From positions 831 through 64,830 of IMG/VR virus record IMGVR_UViG_3300048909_000132: a stretch of 64,000 nucleotides of DNA; one strand, written 5' to 3'. Below the pieces are notes generated by a model. It saw only the letters and a program-made list of their open reading frames with translations. It made no database searches and was not told the origin of the DNA. The position numbers and the translations under genes were made by a program. Shown piece by piece: positions 61,472 to 64,000 of the stretch; position 1 is the first letter of the stretch, and each line of letters starts with the position of its first letter. Source of the stretch: a virus. Taxonomy: Duplodnaviria; Caudoviricetes.

Positions 61472-62101
61472 TCACCACGATGCATACCGCATCGCCGCAG
61501 CCTTCATGACGTAGCCAGCGCGCTGTTCCGCTGCGGGCAGCGGCGGCTGTTTCCAGGCGACAACCAGGCCTCCGACCTGAACACCGAGGATCGGTGGCAC
61601 CGGCACCCAGCAGGACCGCAGGTAGCCCTTGGCTGCCAATGCGCGGGAGTCCTCGTTCACCGCCGCGGTCGTATTGACGCAGACCACTTCGTTACTCAGG
61701 AACTTCACCAGCCAGGGCATCGACGATTCGGGCACCAGCGCCTGCTGCGGGCCAGTGGATGGCACCCAGCGATTGCCATCTTCGTCGATCCCGACCACGT
61801 CGGTCAGCACGTTGTCGGACACGTTCAGCGCGACCAGCATCACCAAGTCAGAACGGGTGTCGCGCAACAGCCGGGGCGCATCGGCAATGAAGGCCTTGTC
61901 GTCGAGCCGCGCCACCTCGCCGGCTCTGACCAGCACCGCATCCGCGATCACGGCCCGCTGGTCGTAGGCGATGTAGAGCAGCCCGCAGACGATCACCAAG
62001 ACAACGACCGCTATCGCCTTCCACGGCGAGGTCATGAACGCCAGCACGCGATCGAGGACGCCCAGAACGGACTGGCCAGCCTGCGGCTTGTTGTCGCTCA
62101 T
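61472..62101 (-). CDS. putative T4 gpT-like holin (single TM plus periplasmic GAF-like domain)
   Basis: GVLDR before one TM; YLRSC...GGLVVAW...KAAA ending; 209 aa; resemblance recalled from memory of T4 T. Confidence 0.55.
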   Translation of the reverse strand: MSDNKPQAGQSVLGVLDRVLAFMTSPWKAIAVVVLVIVCGLLYIAYDQRAVIADAVLVRAGEVARLDDKAFIADAPRLLRDTRSDLVMLVALNVSDNVLTDVVGIDEDGNRWVPSTGPQQALVPESSMPWLVKFLSNEVVCVNTTAAVNEDSRALAAKGYLRSCWVPVPPILGVQVGGLVVAWKQPPLPAAEQRAGYVMKAAAMRYASW

Positions 62102-62110
62102 TGGGTGTGG

Positions 62111-62398
62111 TCAGCGCCAAGCGCTGCCTTTCTCGCGGTGCTTTATCGCATCGCAGTCGGTGCAGAGGAGCTGCAGGTTGCTCGGGTGATCGGGACCACC
62201 CTCGGCTCGCGGGATGACGTGGTCGACGAGCCAGCTTTCCGGTCGCGAGCACCTGGCGCAGATCCCGCCATCGCGATCACGCACGAATGCGCGCAGCTTT
62301 TTCCAGGCCTGCGTGCCGTAATACGCGTGATCTGGTCTGACGAATTTCGGTGTCGGGCGCCATCCCACCGGACGGAATGTCGGTGGCATTGTGGGCAT
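62111..62398 (-). CDS. HNH endonuclease (HK97 gp74-like packaging nuclease)
   Basis: Y.T.AWKKLR...RD...C..C...VDHVIP...GG.D...NLQLLC..C...K. Confidence 0.85.
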   Translation of the reverse strand: MPTMPPTFRPVGWRPTPKFVRPDHAYYGTQAWKKLRAFVRDRDGGICARCSRPESWLVDHVIPRAEGGPDHPSNLQLLCTDCDAIKHREKGSAWR

Positions 62399-62454
62399 AT
62401 CTAACGCCTGATCGGAGCCGGGGTAGCAGCGGATTGCCGCAGCTTGGCAATAAA

Positions 62455-62481
62455 TGGCTCTATCGCCTTCCCGTTTGTCAA
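62455..62481 (-). promoter_or_regulatory. candidate late promoter
   Basis: TTGACA on the - strand (62481-62476) in the gap upstream of the HNH/holin/terminase genes; -10 weak. Confidence 0.4.
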
Positions 62482-62491
62482 GGGGTTACCG

Positions 62492-62893
62492 CTATTTGGT
62501 GTGGATCGAGGGCAACGGACTACCACCGAATGGGGTGTGGTCGAACTCGATCCCATGGTTGCGGAGCAGCGCTTTGACCTGTTCCATCCAGTCCATTGTC
62601 TGGGAGCCGAAGTCGCTCAACTGGCAGATGGTATGCACCGCGCCCTCGACCCTGGCCTCGGTCACCGCCTTGCCGTCCTCGGCGGATTTCGCTCGGAAGC
62701 GCCAGCCCAGCGGCGTGTCGGGGTCGTAGCGGATCGCGGACCAGGGCGCGTGCAGCGCGTAGCAGAACGCGGCCTCGCCTGGACTGACGATCATCACCGC
62801 GCCGCAGAACCCATAGCGCGCGAACACCCGCTTGACGTCGTCCAGCGCTCGCTGGAGCCGCTCGTCCTCGATCGGTCTGTCGTTCATCGTCAT
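62492..62893 (-). CDS. hypothetical protein
   Basis: AGGGAG RBS. Confidence 0.65.
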   Translation of the reverse strand: MTMNDRPIEDERLQRALDDVKRVFARYGFCGAVMIVSPGEAAFCYALHAPWSAIRYDPDTPLGWRFRAKSAEDGKAVTEARVEGAVHTICQLSDFGSQTMDWMEQVKALLRNHGIEFDHTPFGGSPLPSIHTK

Positions 62894-62955
62894 GGGCTGC
62901 TCCCTCCTTCGATATCGCCGCGAAGCCAAGGCCGCGGCTTGTCCTTGCGGGGCAT

Positions 62956-63336
62956 TTACGCTCGGCGTTGCTCATCACGCCGGGGCTTGCCATGGCAGCG
63001 CTCGCGCGGGCCGGCGCAGTCCCAGCAGGGCGACCGGCCTGCGTTGACCTCGCCCATCACCACGCTGCCGCCCAGCAGGCAGCCGGCGGGCACGTAGCCC
63101 TGCCAGATCGCCGTACCAAGCGAGGTATCATCCAGGTCCGCGTGCTCCTGCTGGAAGTAGTGCGGCTTCACCATGTCGGCCTCCTGGCGGGGCTCGCGGC
63201 CCGGGTTCGTCTCCATGAAGTACCGCTCGTCCCTGAGATCTGACCACTGCTGATAGTTCATCAGGACAGCCGGGTGCAGCGTGGAAAACGCGCTCACCAC
63301 TTCCTCGGCAATTTTGGTGGTTGGGTTTTCTTTCAT
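62956..63336 (-). CDS. hypothetical protein
   Basis: ATGA overlap; C-terminal CWDC..R..C. Confidence 0.6.
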   Translation of the reverse strand: MKENPTTKIAEEVVSAFSTLHPAVLMNYQQWSDLRDERYFMETNPGREPRQEADMVKPHYFQQEHADLDDTSLGTAIWQGYVPAGCLLGGSVVMGEVNAGRSPCWDCAGPRERCHGKPRRDEQRRA

Positions 63337-63548
63337 ACCGCTTTCAACCTCCCAAGCCAGCGACGCACGATAGCGTCCGCATTCTGATCACATGTGTGTC
63401 CCATGAAGCCACCGTGCCCACCGTGATCGCACCTCTCTGTTGGGGGCAGCAGTTCGCACGGATGCCGAATTGGCTCTGCCGTGGGCTGGGGAGTTTCGAG
63501 AGCCGCCTGGCGCTCCTCCTCGGTCATGGTCGAGCCTCCATCCCTCAC
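63333..63548 (-). CDS. hypothetical protein
   Basis: Overlaps both neighbours; alternative start at 63527. Confidence 0.5.
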   Translation of the reverse strand: MRDGGSTMTEEERQAALETPQPTAEPIRHPCELLPPTERCDHGGHGGFMGHTCDQNADAIVRRWLGRLKAV

Positions 63549-63913
63549 CCTCCTGGCGGCTGCGGCACAACGAGATCATCATCGTTGATGTTCTCCATCA
63601 TCCATTTCATCAGCGCCTCGATCTCTTGCGGATCAGACGTTTGCTGTTCCGCAATCGCCCTGCGTTTTTGCTCTGGCGTCATCGTTCGGGCGATCACCAT
63701 CTGCTCTGCCATCCGTCGACCCTCGGCATCGATACCGCCGACGAGCCTTTGACGCATTTCGTCCCGCAGCTCGGGCCGCACGAAGTCGAGGATGAACTGA
63801 CAGGTCGCGCAGCGCCACCGCGGACCCGGCGGCATGCCGAAGGCGAAGATATGAAACCCGCAATCGACGCAGTCGAACTCGGCCACCCCGTCAGCGCCAG
63901 GTTTGTCAGACAT
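63545..63913 (-). CDS. zinc-ribbon protein
   Basis: CVDCG...CATC; GAGGGGG RBS. Confidence 0.6.
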   Translation of the reverse strand: MSDKPGADGVAEFDCVDCGFHIFAFGMPPGPRWRCATCQFILDFVRPELRDEMRQRLVGGIDAEGRRMAEQMVIARTMTPEQKRRAIAEQQTSDPQEIEALMKWMMENINDDDLVVPQPPGG

Positions 63914-64000
63914 CGCGACCCCCCTCGATCAAACTGAATCGCTTATACCCCCCCCTGTCCAACCCCCCTGGCGTCAATTTCCCCGTCGCACATGTGCCCA

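Larger units (their letters stand above)
1..64000. mobile_element. Temperate HK97-like siphovirus genome/prophage, near complete, ends truncated
   Basis: Terminases, portal, protease, HK97 capsid, head-tail, tail tube, tape measure, lysin, cI/cro switch, recombination and replication genes; no host housekeeping genes seen. Confidence 0.95.

Noticed and set aside
1-64000. Absence of an integrase as proof of a non-integrating lifestyle
   Set aside because: The window starts mid-gene and is truncated, so an integrase could lie outside it.

Overview
The whole window is a near-complete (both ends truncated), GC-rich, HK97/lambda-like tailed phage or prophage. An alphaproteobacterial, Acetobacteraceae-like host is inferred from a GapR-like gene, an AEP-type PEP-CTERM gene and the type of HTH Rep gene. 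Left to right it holds: (1) two + strand operons of small early/accessory genes (1-6127). (2) A tightly coupled - strand DNA-modification operon: radical SAM, a C5 cytosine methyltransferase split over two overlapping reading frames with an internal 8-unit GW[P/A/S]TP module array, an XF1762/GNAT-like protein, a TGT/DpdA-like protein, QueE and QueD-like (6531-10979). (3) Replication, HNH, DUF3102-DUF4326, VRR-NUC and GapR genes. (4) A cro/cI switch with a GGAAC-N5-GTTCC operator regulon. (5) RecE-like and Sak4-like recombination genes and an RNA polymerase alpha-CTD mimic. (6) A PEP-CTERM moron, a second plasmid-type Rep gene and more accessory genes. (7) A complete - strand late region: Tae2-like amidase lysin, tail fibre, hub, 2253-aa tape measure, -1 frameshift tail chaperone, two paralogous tail tube genes, head-tail genes, a glycosyltransferase plus methyltransferase pair next to the capsid gene, protease, portal, a fibre module between portal and terminase, terminases, a T4-type holin-like gene and a packaging HNH. 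No integrase, tRNA, rRNA, CRISPR array or reverse transcriptase was seen. All family assignments come from motifs recognised by eye; no database search was run.
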